DNA of 64,000 nt from Sphaerodactylus townsendi (taxonomy: Eukaryota). The notes beneath the pieces are model-generated. The model was not told the DNA's origin. It worked only from the letters and a program-made list of their open reading frames with translations, and searched no databases. Where the stretch lies: the NCBI RefSeq assembly GCF_021028975.2, contig NC_059438.1, forward strand, positions 26,412,001 through 26,476,000. Reading direction: 5' to 3'. Positions 11,053-22,400 of the stretch are shown here, in pieces. Each line of letters opens with the position of its first letter. Positions within the stretch are counted from its first letter, which is position 1. Made by a program: the position numbers and the translations under genes.

Positions 11053-12814
11053 CCATTTTTACTGATGTACAAACACAGGATACTCTGTGTGCAACACCAA
11101 AAACAGGGAAACAACTTACCTCTCGCTCTGTTTTGGCCCAGGAAAACAGTTGGGGGGGGGAGAGCCAATGTCTTGCCTCCCTCCCATTATGGTGGCGCAG
11201 CAAGTCCATTTGGGCTGTTCTTTATTTTTGAAAGCCACCCCCCCCCCCCCCCCCCTGCTGTGCGACTGCCGGGAACCTGAACGTGTCATTTGGCCCTAAG
11301 TCTAGTGAGTTTAAATCACAGGAGAGAGAATCCATAGCTAGTGAGCATCAGAGAAGACAATGCTAAGGGTAGCAGCTGTTGGAAAATGGAGCCCATTACT
11401 TGTCTGGGGAAATCTGGATACCTATTTGTTGGGACTGTGGATTTCCAGCACGGAGTTGGGAGTTGGGCTGGAGGACTTGAACGGCCCAATTCATGTCTCA
11501 GACTCCTAAAGGCTCCATTCCGTCTGCACTTTTGTGCAGCTGTACCGTGAATGTACACCCTGGAGGCAGGCGTGGCCGGCAGTGTGCTTCCCCGCACCGT
11601 GTTTTATATGACATTTGTGGGGAGAAAGGGGCTGTAGGCCTTCCCTCTAGGCCATTTCAGACAAAATCTGGAGCCGAACATCTGTGACAGCTGCTGTTTG
11701 GGGCAGCTACCTCCCAGTAGAAGCCTCGCATGCAAACCACACGCAGGCAAGGCCGGCCCCAGCATTAGGCAACGAATAGCAGCTCCTTGGGTGCATCAGT
11801 AGAAAGTGTCAGCAAATTGACTGTTTAATGTATTGCTGTCTCTTGGTTGCCCCGGTAAGGTTTCGATTTGGATTGTCCTCCTGAGATGCTGAAATATTGT
11901 CAGCCATCTCTGCCCACCGGGCAGTCAAAACTCGAGAGCTGGTTCGAAAGGAAGCCCTTCTTTTGCAAAGCACGTAAACGAACCATTCAGAATTTGCGTC
12001 CGCCAGAGACGTGGTGATGCTCACAGGCCAAACCAGGAATGCACAAGGAGTTTCATATTCAGAACTCTCAGCAATTTTGTGAGTTAATTCCCAGGCTCAC
12101 AGGCGTCCAATGCAAATAGAGCCCTCAGGGAAAAGGGTCTTAAGCTCCTGTCCCCCCCCCCCCCACACACACACACACACAAACACACATGGCGCCCCAT
12201 CCAAGTGCCACAACCACGCTGTCCTGCTGCTCCCAGAGAGGCTTCTCGCTGGTTCAGGGGGGCATGCAAATCAAAACAGCCTCCCCATCTCCGAGAATCC
12301 TCTGTGGGGCAGAATGGGGGTCCTGATTGGCCTCCAGTGGTGTAAACCAACAAATGGCCCGGCAGGCAACTGACTAATGTCAGTTCCTCCGCAGCTGCAC
12401 CCATGGACCTCCCCCACTGAAGCAGTGGCATGGGCACTGGGAGCCTCACACTGCGTCCCAGCACGAGGGAGGCCAGGGACAGGCACACAGCAGTGGTTTC
12501 ACCCCTCCTCCGGGGTAAGTGCCCCAAAGAGGGAATTTCCACCGGTGGAAGCCTGTGCCGCTTCCACCAGTGAATTCATCCCCCTGCCCCTTCCCCAACC
12601 CAGATGGGGCTCATACACACACAAAGTCCCATGTTGGGCACCATTTTCCAGCCTCCTGTGGAAAATTTCCATATGTTCATAGATGTAAATGTTGAGGGCA
12701 TGGTTCCCTGAGGCCATTTCTGGTCAGGAAAATAGTATGGTGAAAGTGCTGATCTGAATCAGGGCCTAGCTACCACAAACACAGAACTCCCGGCACACGT
12801 CTCGCCGTCTGGCC

Positions 12815-12990
12815 AGGGTGGTGTGGTGGTGAAGTGTCATAGAATCTGGGAGACCCAGGTCAGTATCCTCGTCTGTGCCATGGAAACTCGCCGGGTGACC
12901 TTGGGCCAGTTAAACACTCATAGCTTAACCGACCTCACAGGGTTGACACAAAGATAAAATGGAAGAGAGCAGAACAATGTGATCCACCTT
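12815..12990 (+). mobile_element. Older MIR/Squam3-like SINE
   Basis: tRNA head relic and gggtgaccttgggccagt...acctcacagggttg core. Confidence 0.7.
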
Positions 12991-13284
12991 GAAATACAAT
13001 TCTGCACAGGACCTTAGATAACTTAAAGGGGCAATTGCAAGATAATTCAGCCAGCAGCTGTTAGCCGTGATAACTAAATAGAGCAGCCTCAGAATATCTC
13101 CCAAGTGTTTGGAGGCTGAGCAATTGTGGGGAGGGCTTTGGACCTCATGCCCATTTCCGGGGCATCAGGATGGCTTTCCTCCAGAATAAAACTCCTTTTT
13201 ATCTTCTCTGTCTTGGCAGTAGTAGCCACAGCGAATCACTTCCCCCTGCACAGTGGAGAAGCTGCATTCCAGTCTAGGAACTTC

Positions 13285-13510
13285 CAGTGTGGTGTCGTGC
13301 CTAGAGTGTTGGACTGGCATCTGGGAGACCTGGGTTCAAATTCCCTCTTGTGCCACAGAAGCTCATGGGGTGGCCTGGGGCTAGTCAACCTTCCTCTCTG
13401 TCTGAGCTACCTCACAAGGTTGATGAGTAGATAAAATGGAAGAGAGGAGAACGACGTAAGCAATTTTTGGTCCCCACTGCTGAGAATGGTGGGGTATAGA
13501 TGAATAAATC
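13285..13510 (+). mobile_element. Older MIR/Squam3-like SINE
   Basis: ccagtgtggtgtcgtgcctagagtgttggact...gggttcaaattcc head plus core. Confidence 0.75.
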
Positions 13511-14961
13511 ATTAAGTGGGAAGCTTTTCCTGCAAACTTACACTCAGTTGAGCACCTGGTAGCCCCTTCTGCAAAGAACTGAAAAACCAGAATAGAGATG
13601 TCAGTGATGCTGGGTTGTAAGGATTCTTCGGAAGAAGACAGCAGCCTTCTCAGTGGATTCTCTGGCATTTCATGCTAATAGCAACATGGAACTTGTGTGG
13701 TGGTCCTTCAAGCTTCCTATTTACATACAACAAGATCCAGTGTATCTTCTGACACCGGTCTTTGCTCTGAAAAAGAGCTTAACGATTTAACCCAAAGTAG
13801 CTGGGAGATGATGGTTGGGATTGTTTTCCCCAGTCTGGCTATGTATCCTTCTTCCTCTTCTCTTTCCATATTTTGTTCTCTGTTCCTCCTCCTCCCTCTG
13901 GTTCTAACATTTGCGTGCAGAAACACTGCCAACCTGGGGCAGAAATGTAGGAAATTTCACAGCAAGAGACAGCAGCGCAGAGATAAACGTGGTCCAAACT
14001 GAATTGTGTGAATGACTTTCTATGAGACAAATCCAACGTACATTGAAAATAACACATACACACAAACCTCTGAAGATGTATCGAAGCCAGATATTACGGG
14101 GTACCGGCAGCTCGTTGTGGGTTTGTCTAATTAGCTCAGAGAAGCTTATACTGAGTTGATGACATGAGTTATTGTAGGGTTTGACAAATTTGTGGGTAGT
14201 GGGGGACTGTATCACAGCCCCGTTCGCAGACTTTGTTCAGGTTATTGATTAAGTAAAGTGTGAAGTTACCCGTGTCTCAAGGCCAATCAATGCTTGCAGG
14301 GCTAAAAGCAGATCAAAGCTCGGCTCTGCCTTGCCCGTCTTGGGAGCAAAAGGCGGCGAGGGGAAGCCGGAAATGCCTGCCAAAAATGTGAGCAGATAGT
14401 AGAACCGAAGGCAGACAAGGCTTGGGATTGAGTGGCGGGGGCGGGGGCGGGGGGGGGGAGAGAGAAGAGGGAGAGTTCATAGAAAGGTTTAAAATCTCCT
14501 CAGGCAAAACATATACTTTCTGCCATATGAGATGATGCTGTAGGTCCAGGGGGCCAGAACAGCAGCTTCTGGAGAAAGTCACGAGGATAGTTAAAAATGT
14601 GCCAAAGCCAACACTGTATTTTACTGCCTGGGGAAGGGAGGGTAGGTGAGCTTCTTTCTTTCCCACTCACAGGAGCATATGTCTTGAAAATTGGGCTTCT
14701 CTGAAAGGTCTGGCAAAATTATGTAAGGTGAGAAATAAGATAGGAGCACACACAGAAACTGGGAGTCTTAAACCATCAAGTGATTCTTTTGGCCACGCAG
14801 TTGAACTGCCCAAAGATGTCTTTTGAAGTCTTGCCTTCCAGTTTTTTAGCTCTGCAATTGTACCCAATTTTTGTGAACTGGTGCTTGGGAGAGCAGATTG
14901 GGGAAATAGTTTAGAACAGAGAAGAAGAAGTCGTCATCGTCGATCTATAGCTCCCAATCAT

Positions 14962-15142
14962 GATCCTCCTTGATCTGAGATTGCAAATGCTTTAGCAGAC
15001 CAGGTGCTCGGAAGCAGCAGCAGCAGCAGAAGACCTTTGCTTTCACATCCTGCATGTGAGCTCCCAAAGGCCACTGCGAGTAGCAGAGTGCTGAACTAGA
15101 TGGACTCTGGTCTGATCCAGCAGGCTCGCTCTTATGTTCTTA
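14962..15142 (+). mobile_element. CR1 3' end or CR1-tailed SINE
   Basis: Reverse complement of 8626-8805; ends cttatgttctta. Confidence 0.8.
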
Positions 15143-16780
15143 GTGGTCCCCTACAAGGTGCCTGAGGGCATTTGGTATCTGCCATGTGCTTCAGAACAAT
15201 TGGAAGGATCATTATAAAGGCAGAACCAGTGACTGGCTGCCTTCATGCCCCTCCCTGGTTATCTTTTCTGTGTTTTTTTGTCCTCCCTTTCCCCTTTATT
15301 TGTCTTCTTCTGTGTCCATATTAGCTCCCCTTGGGGTTCTTCTGTATTTTATATCCCTCTTGGCTTTTCCACTAGTGTGAGTGCGTATGTTTGGCTCCGC
15401 CTGTTATGGTAGCCATTTTGTAGTGGTGTCCACCAGCCTGCCTCAAAATTCCGAAAGGGTCCACAAGCCCAAAACAGTGGCGGGGAGGGGAATTAGGAAA
15501 ATCCACAGTTGGCCAAAAGGTTTCTTGACAACACTAAACTTCCGGTGATGCTCGCTCCTGAAAAGAATGTTTCCAGTGGGAATAGCTCACATCTTATCTG
15601 TGTGACACAAAAGAGCACGGAATTGCAGAGGTAACCCTGCTGTTCTTGGCCCTTATATTTGGTTAATAATTTAGTCTAGTACAGGAAAAGTTTTGTGTCT
15701 AGATTTCAAAGATTTAAGTAATCATAATAAAGAAAATGACCCAGCCCTCTTTGCTGACACTGGTGGTAACCAGAGCATGCCACACGCTGGCTATTCTGTG
15801 GTCAGATGAGCATTTGTGCAAACTTCAGGGTATTCAGTTAAAACACACGGGTTTGCAGGGTGTTGTCAGAGAGAGGGGTGGACTTGGAGGTGTACTAAAA
15901 GGGTGCCCCCCCCCATCATAACATGCCTTGGTGGGCAACCCCCCTAATCTTAAGCTTAGAAAACAGGTGTCTGTCTACTTTCCACACCTCTTCCAATGTC
16001 AGGGATGAACCCTCACCCCAAACTGTGGTAAAGGCAGGGGTTGGGACCGCCTCTGCTGTCGGGCTGGACCTCTGAGGCAAGCACAGATTCTGGCCAGATT
16101 CCAAAAGCCAGCCTCACTTTGGGGAACCTGACTAAAGGGTGGTAGATTCAAAGGAATAGTCGGGTGTCTAGCAAATTCAGGTCATTGCAGGGGACAAACC
16201 CAGTGTGGGAGAACCTTAGAAATGGCAGGAAATACCCACAGAGGCAAGGAGCTGGTGGACTCTTTCTGCTTTTCTTCCCTTCTGATGTGACGGATTAATA
16301 ATGAGTTATGGCCTCATTTTACTATGACTGAAGCCCCTGTGTTGCTTTTCCTTAAGAGGTAGCATCAATATCTCTACCAGCCAGTATTTTACTCAGTAAT
16401 GTACTGAACTGCCCTGCAGAGTGCTTGTTTGTTTGATTAATATTTGGTTTTTCTACCGAGGTTTGCTGTAAGCAAGACTTTAATCACACTGTAGTCATTT
16501 AGGAATAAGTTATAGAATTATCGCTGCATAATATTCTGGGAGATCCTGAAAGACCAGAATGCATCACGTAAGGCTGTAGCAAGCTCTTGTGGGTCTGTTT
16601 TAAACACCTTTGGACCTTGGGGCCCACAGTTTTGGAGAGTCACCCGCCAGGGGAAGAGCTTAGATAATCTGGTGGGAAATATGATGCAGGGAGCACGAAG
16701 AAAACCTGGTTGTAGGCCCTGGTTTACCTACACAGTAGAATGAGGTGGCAGGATTCTGAAACAGTAGAATGAGCTATGCC

Positions 16781-16920
16781 CAGAGGTGGGATTCAGCCGG
16801 TTCGCACCACTTTGGCAGAACCGGCTGTTAAAATGGTGCTTGTAAACAATCAGTTAGTTGTTAAATTATTTGAATTCTCACCACCAGAACCGGTTGTTAA
16901 ATTATTTGAATCCCACTCTG
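16781..16920 (+). mobile_element. hAT MITE (CAG.GGTGGGATTCA termini)
   Basis: TIR cagaggtgggattca / tgaatcccactctg; TSD gctatgcc/gctgtgcc; internal duplicated gttgttaaattatttgaat. Confidence 0.85.
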
Positions 16921-17377
16921 GCTGTGCCCCTTGGGTCTGCAGGGGGAGGGTCCCCTTTGTCAGGCTGTGCAGAAATAGGGGTCGATGATTAATCTGGAGG
17001 AACCACTTGGTGCCAATGCATTCTGCTGCCGGAATATATCAGGCCCCACAAGTTTGGGTCCAGTCTGCCTTCATCTGTGCACGGAAATGACAGAATCTGA
17101 GAAGTAGCCTTCTTTCAGCAGCTCCCAGCTACAAGTTTTGTCTCAGCTGGAAGCAGAATCGCTTTAGCAAATGCCTAGTCTTTCAGTGGTAGCCATCTTG
17201 TGATTGGCCTCAGTCCCCAAGGCAGCCATTTTGTGGTGGGGCTCATTCTCCGTTCACAAAATTCCAAAGGTGCCCATAGGCTTAAAGGGACACAAAGGAC
17301 CTTTTTCAAGGGGGTGGGTATGTCTTCCATGCAGTGGTTCCCACTGTTAACCATTGGTGTGTGTTTTTCACATGCAG

Positions 17378-17533
17378 GTACTTGAGCGATTATTCCAGAA
17401 GGGGTTTAACGTGGCAGCGTCCTGTGGCGGTGGTGTGGATTCCTCTCAGTTCAGCGAATATGTGCTATGTCGCGAGGACAGGAGATCACAGCCCAATACC
17501 ACAATCAGGATAAAGCAAGAACCCCTGGACTGA
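17378..17533 (+). CDS. KCTD15: KCTD15 terminal coding exon
   Basis: Acceptor gtttttcacatgcag|GTA, in frame with the previous exon. Translates [54 protein letters not shown], the KCTD1/KCTD15 C-terminus with the IKQE SUMO consensus. Missed by the ORF track. Confidence 0.97.
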   Translation, partial: VLERLFQKGFNVAASCGGGVDSSQFSEYVLCREDRRSQPNTTIRIKQEPLD

Positions 17534-17755
17534 GGACCCAATCCCTTCCCCTCCTTTGTAAAAGTAGAAGTGTCAAATAGTCCCTCGTGTGGAAAAAAAA
17601 AAACTCAAGGATTTTCAAAACAGTATTATGCAGGCGACTTGGGTGTTGCCAATTAGTGGTATTTTGGAAACTACCTGTCGCGTTGCCAGCCATGAACTGC
17701 ATTTGACAACAAAGACGCAGACCCACACACAAACAAAAATTCAGTTTCTTTTGTT

Positions 17756-17761
17756 AATAAA
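17756..17761 (+). promoter_or_regulatory. Candidate proximal polyadenylation signal of KCTD15
   Basis: First AATAAA I found after the stop codon (about 220 nt downstream); usage not demonstrable from sequence. Confidence 0.35.
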
Positions 17762-18469
17762 TCACTGAGTTTGCGCCTCGCTCAGAACGGTTTGTGGGCA
17801 AGAGCTCTTGGCAGAATGGCTGCAGCGTGGACAAGAGGCGATGCTTCAGTGAAGAACAGACATTGACTGGATTTGTGCAGAAAGACCAATCGGTATCATT
17901 TGAATATGTCTGTTGAAGGAACACATCTGCCAGCTCGCTGGAGGACAAGCCCCCTCCCCCCCTTGGTGGCATTAAAGACATGGTGGCCACCCCAAGGAAG
18001 ATGGTGCTGTGTTGAGTGTCTTCCCCTCTCCCCGTGGAATGCCACACCTTCATCTGATAAGATATGCTTTTACACCTCCATTGCTTTACCTCTTCTTCTG
18101 TGTTTTCATTTGCTCGTTGTTATCAAATGGCTTATTTTTCTGTACCACCCTCTCATTGTTCGTGTGCAGAAGCTACCCTGAACAGGGCCAGTTCTCAGAT
18201 CTTTCTGGTGCTGAATTATTTCCAAATGGGCGCCCCTGTTGAGGTCAGCAGATTTTGTGCTGTGGTAATTTCATGTGTTGCACTCACAATCCGGAGAAGT
18301 TCAGTACCGCTTTTGCAGTTTGGGGAGGCTCAGCAAAGGTTCTGTGTAACATTAAACGGGCCCTGTCGAGTTATGGCCATGGTGTTTTCAAACTGATCTC
18401 CAGATTTTTGGAAAAGTTAAGACATAGCAAAAGAAGATCAAGCCCTCTTGGAACACACCAGAGTTAATC

Positions 18470-19183
18470 GGACTTTTTAGCACACACGGTTTGTTCTTGA
18501 TTTAATATATGAGGTCGTCACGGTTTCTGCCTTTTTTTCACACACACTTGAGCCGTAATGTGGCCCGACCCCTAATCTGTCGCTCATTTCAGCCTTTGTC
18601 TCACATTTTTCCTGTCGCTCGATAATTGTGCAACTTTCTTGGATAAAACGGATTCCCCCCACAATCTGGTGCCTAGGTGCAAAACGCAACTGGAACAAGC
18701 TACTGCGAGGGATCACGCCCACTGTGTGATGTGATCTCCTCCAACCAATCAGGATGCGGTGGAGCTTGCCAGTTGTGCGCGCACATTTCACTGTTTCGTT
18801 TCCGTCTCACTCTCCTCCCGCCCCTCCTTGCGGTCACTCACGCAGTGCATTGTTTCCAATGCCGCCCCGATATCTCGAGATAGCGAGTTCTCAACGCAGT
18901 GGTACACTGAGATAGTGAAATCACGCTGACTCGTTAGCTCATGATGACGGGGGCCAAGCGTCACACGGAACACGCCCTTGGACGGCGCAACAGCCAATCG
19001 GAACTCTCGTTTGTACTGCATTCCAGGGCAATGCAAAACCAAGGGGTTTCTGAAGCAACAAGAACATCCACAACAACCTGGTGATGTGTGAATGATCTCG
19101 AGCGACGAAACAGCAACAAAAAGGTCAGGATGTCGATGCGGATTGCCTTAATTCAAGAACAAACCATGTGTGCGAAAAAGCCC
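18470..19183. mobile_element. 714-bp TIR element (Harbinger-like termini), CpG-rich
   Basis: 36-bp TIRs matching at 32 of 36 positions (GGACTTTTTAGCACACACGGTTTGTTCTTGATTTAA vs GGGCTTTTTCGCACACATGGTTTGTTCTTGAATTAA); aatc on both flanks. Confidence 0.8.
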
Positions 19184-19225
19184 AATCCAGTGCCGAATCT
19201 GATTCCTTACAGCGGCCAACAAGGT

Positions 19226-19495
19226 AGAAAAAGAAAAGTTTGAATTTGTATCCCGTCTTTCTCTCCTATAAGGAGATGCAAGGTGGCTTACAAACTCCTT
19301 TCCCTTCCTTTCCCCACAACAGACACTTTGTGAGATAGGCTGAGAGGGTTCTAAAGAATTGTGACTAGTTCAAGGTCACCCAGCAGTCTTTGTGCAGACA
19401 AGCGGGGAAACAAATCCAGTTCACCAGATGAGAGTCTGCTGCTTATGGGGAGGAGTAGGGAATAAAAACCATTCTTAATCACAACATCATGCTAC
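19226..19495 (-). mobile_element. Squam3-like SINE (diverged)
   Basis: Similar to 6418-6724. Confidence 0.8.
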
Positions 19496-22400
19496 CCCTG
19501 AAAGGCCTACCTGCAGGGCATGGAAGCCATATTTTCCCACTGTCCTTGCTCTGCAGAATTAGTATTCAAAATATTACTACAGGGAAAGGCTATGACATTA
19601 GGCATAATACTATCAATCAACCCTGTCCTTCATGAATTAGTTCAGTCCCTTTTTAAAGCCATCTGAGCTAATGACCATAACTACATGGCAGTGAATTCCA
19701 CAGGTTACTGGTGCATCATGTGACATCCTTTTCTCTCTCCTGAATCACCTGCCTTTCCATAGATTGGTCATGCTAGTTCCGTGATCACCGGCCATCTTTA
19801 TTTAGCCCAGCATGTTCACAGTGCTTTGAAGTAAGCCAGACACCTGATGGACCAAGCCTCTGTTTTGCAAGTTTGTGTTTCTGGGTAATATATTATAGAA
19901 TTAGAGCCTATTAGTGTCAGGTAGCCTATTTGGGGCTCTTGGCATTCCACGAGCTTCCCATGGCTCAGGAGAAATCCCATTTCATTTGGCAGGACTGCGA
20001 TATCAAAGGGCAGGTGGTAAAATAATCCCCATAGTTTTCCTGGTGGGTAAATTGGGGGAGCCCCATTATCATGTGCAGATGCTCTTGCAATGCGCAAACA
20101 GATCAGGTTTGTGAAGGAATTGTATGAGCTACATGGGAATATATTACTTGGAGATACTAATTCACGGAACTTTAACAGAAAGTGGATCTTTGAATTGGAA
20201 CTACCAGATACCTCCGTCTTTGTTCAGTGATCCTGCCTGGAAGGGTGTTCAGATGTTAGTAGTCTAACAGGATCGCAAAGAGCTGCAGACATACCATCAG
20301 AAACTCCCCTCAGAAAGTGGTATTTTATAAGCAGTGAACAAAATGTACGTCTGTTCTGCATTCATTTCTTTGTCGTGGTCCTTACTCTTCTCTTTCACTC
20401 CCTGTTCCAGACGGAGTCCTGGGAATTGTGGTTTGCTGAAGGCACTGAAAATTCTGTGTGAAAATGTCCCTACCTGCTGAGAGACCGTTCCCAGAATTGC
20501 CTGGGGTGCAGGAGCGACTATTACACCGGCTTAAATATAAGCTGCTGATTCAAACCATTCTGAAGAAAAGGCAAACCAAACCTGGCTAGCTCCGAATGTC
20601 AAATTGTTCTTTCTCAGTCATTTGCAAATAAGGCACAAAATTAGAAATGACAGTGGTAATCGTTCCCTCTTTCATATCAACAAACTGCCCTCCTTCCGTC
20701 CTTGCAGTTGAAAGTTGGCATTCAGTCAAGTAGGGTTGATGCTCAGAGTTGAACAGCCAATTTTTGGCTTTCTCTTTTTAAATCGTTCAGCAGAGCTGGT
20801 GAAATTTGTAGCGGGGAGATTTCTGGGCCTTTGTGAAATGTTGGTTGTAGGGTTGCCTGCTTGAGAAGCAGCCCCTGTAGCTGTGTCTCTCACAGATGAA
20901 AAGATGGCCTTGGTTATCTTCACGCTACAAAAAGGCTTCCCCGGTGATTTTATCAAGTCCCAGTGGTTGCTAAAGGAACAGGTTCGGGATAGGGAGTGGT
21001 TTGGTCAGTTGGCAACCCTGACTGGGCTTTCAAACCCAGGCCTTACTGATGAAGCTGAATTAAAGACTTCAGCTTCCCCTCGGTCCCTGTCACAACAACA
21101 AATCTTCCCCAGCATTACCAGCCCAACGTTACCAATGCAGAGCAATGGCTGCGCCAGCAGATAAATCTGCCACCTTCAAATACGATTATTTAATGTCCTT
21201 TCCACTTTTATGGCACTCTAAATAAAACAACTCAGTCCTGAGGACATCACTTTTGTATGTAAGATACCTGTTGAATTGTATTGTATTATATACATTTAAG
21301 ATTGTACCTTCCTCTGCCCCGACGTCACAAAACCCAAAACCATCCGTATGTGTTTATGGACATTTCATTCCCTCGTTTCATCCAGGCATTCTCACAAAGG
21401 CAAAAGCTGTTTGGGAATCATCTGTTATTTAGCGCATTCCTCAGGAATGTTTGGGGGTTCCACTTGGTTATTCTTCGGGACCCGGTTTGCCAAGAAATCC
21501 TCTTGAACAGACAGAGCAAAGAGGACTTCTTTGGAATTGTGTCTTTGAAAACATCTGCTTTGATTAGCCTGGCGCCCGGAAATTTAAATATATTCATTTT
21601 TATTACAATCATCAGCCAATTGAAGCAACTCTGGTTGATTCACTGTACAGTTTTAGTTCCGTAATTAATTGATCATTAAGTTTCACATGGGAAAAAGAAA
21701 CCCACTCATTAAAAAAAAAACAGGTCTCATCAGCTAAGCAGGGTCATTTTTGGTTAGTGACTGATGGGAGGTCCACCGTGGAAACCAAGGGTTGCTATGG
21801 GAAAAACCATCTTTGTTCATCTCTGTCCTTGAAAACTCTATGGGCTCGCCTGCAACTTGATGGCACTTTCCATCTTCACCACTTATGCTGTGCCACGTAT
21901 CATCTTAGAAGTATTCCCACCTCTCGAGAAAGAATACCTCTTCTAAAATTGCGGTCGCTATTTGCAGCTTTAATTTTTAAAAAGGCGTGTATCTGCTGCT
22001 CGACTCATTCAGGGGCAGCTTTTTAGTGGATCAAAAGATTTTTGAACCAATTAGGTTCAGTTAATTTACTAAAGGTTGTAGCCCTGATAATTAAATTCTT
22101 CAGTTTCAATTCTTTCAGCACAGTCTACCCAGCGCTTGTGTATCATGGTGTTTATGGGATGTGCAGGGTTGGTCCACCAGATGCGAATCCTTTACTCCAG
22201 CATAAAGAGGATTCATATCGACAGCTCTGCCAGCATGGCCAATTGGCCATGCTGGCAGGGGCTGATGGGAATTGTAGTCCATAACATCTGGAGTGCCAAA
22301 GGTTCGCCACCATGGGTCTAGACTCAAGGAGTTTCTGCTGTGGACTCTTGGGAGTATGGAGGAACGTTGGACACTTCTGGGTGGAGATCAGAAAAACTAA

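Noticed and set aside
3874-17533. Assignment to KCTD1
   Set aside because: Diagnostic residues ([36 protein letters not shown]) match KCTD15.
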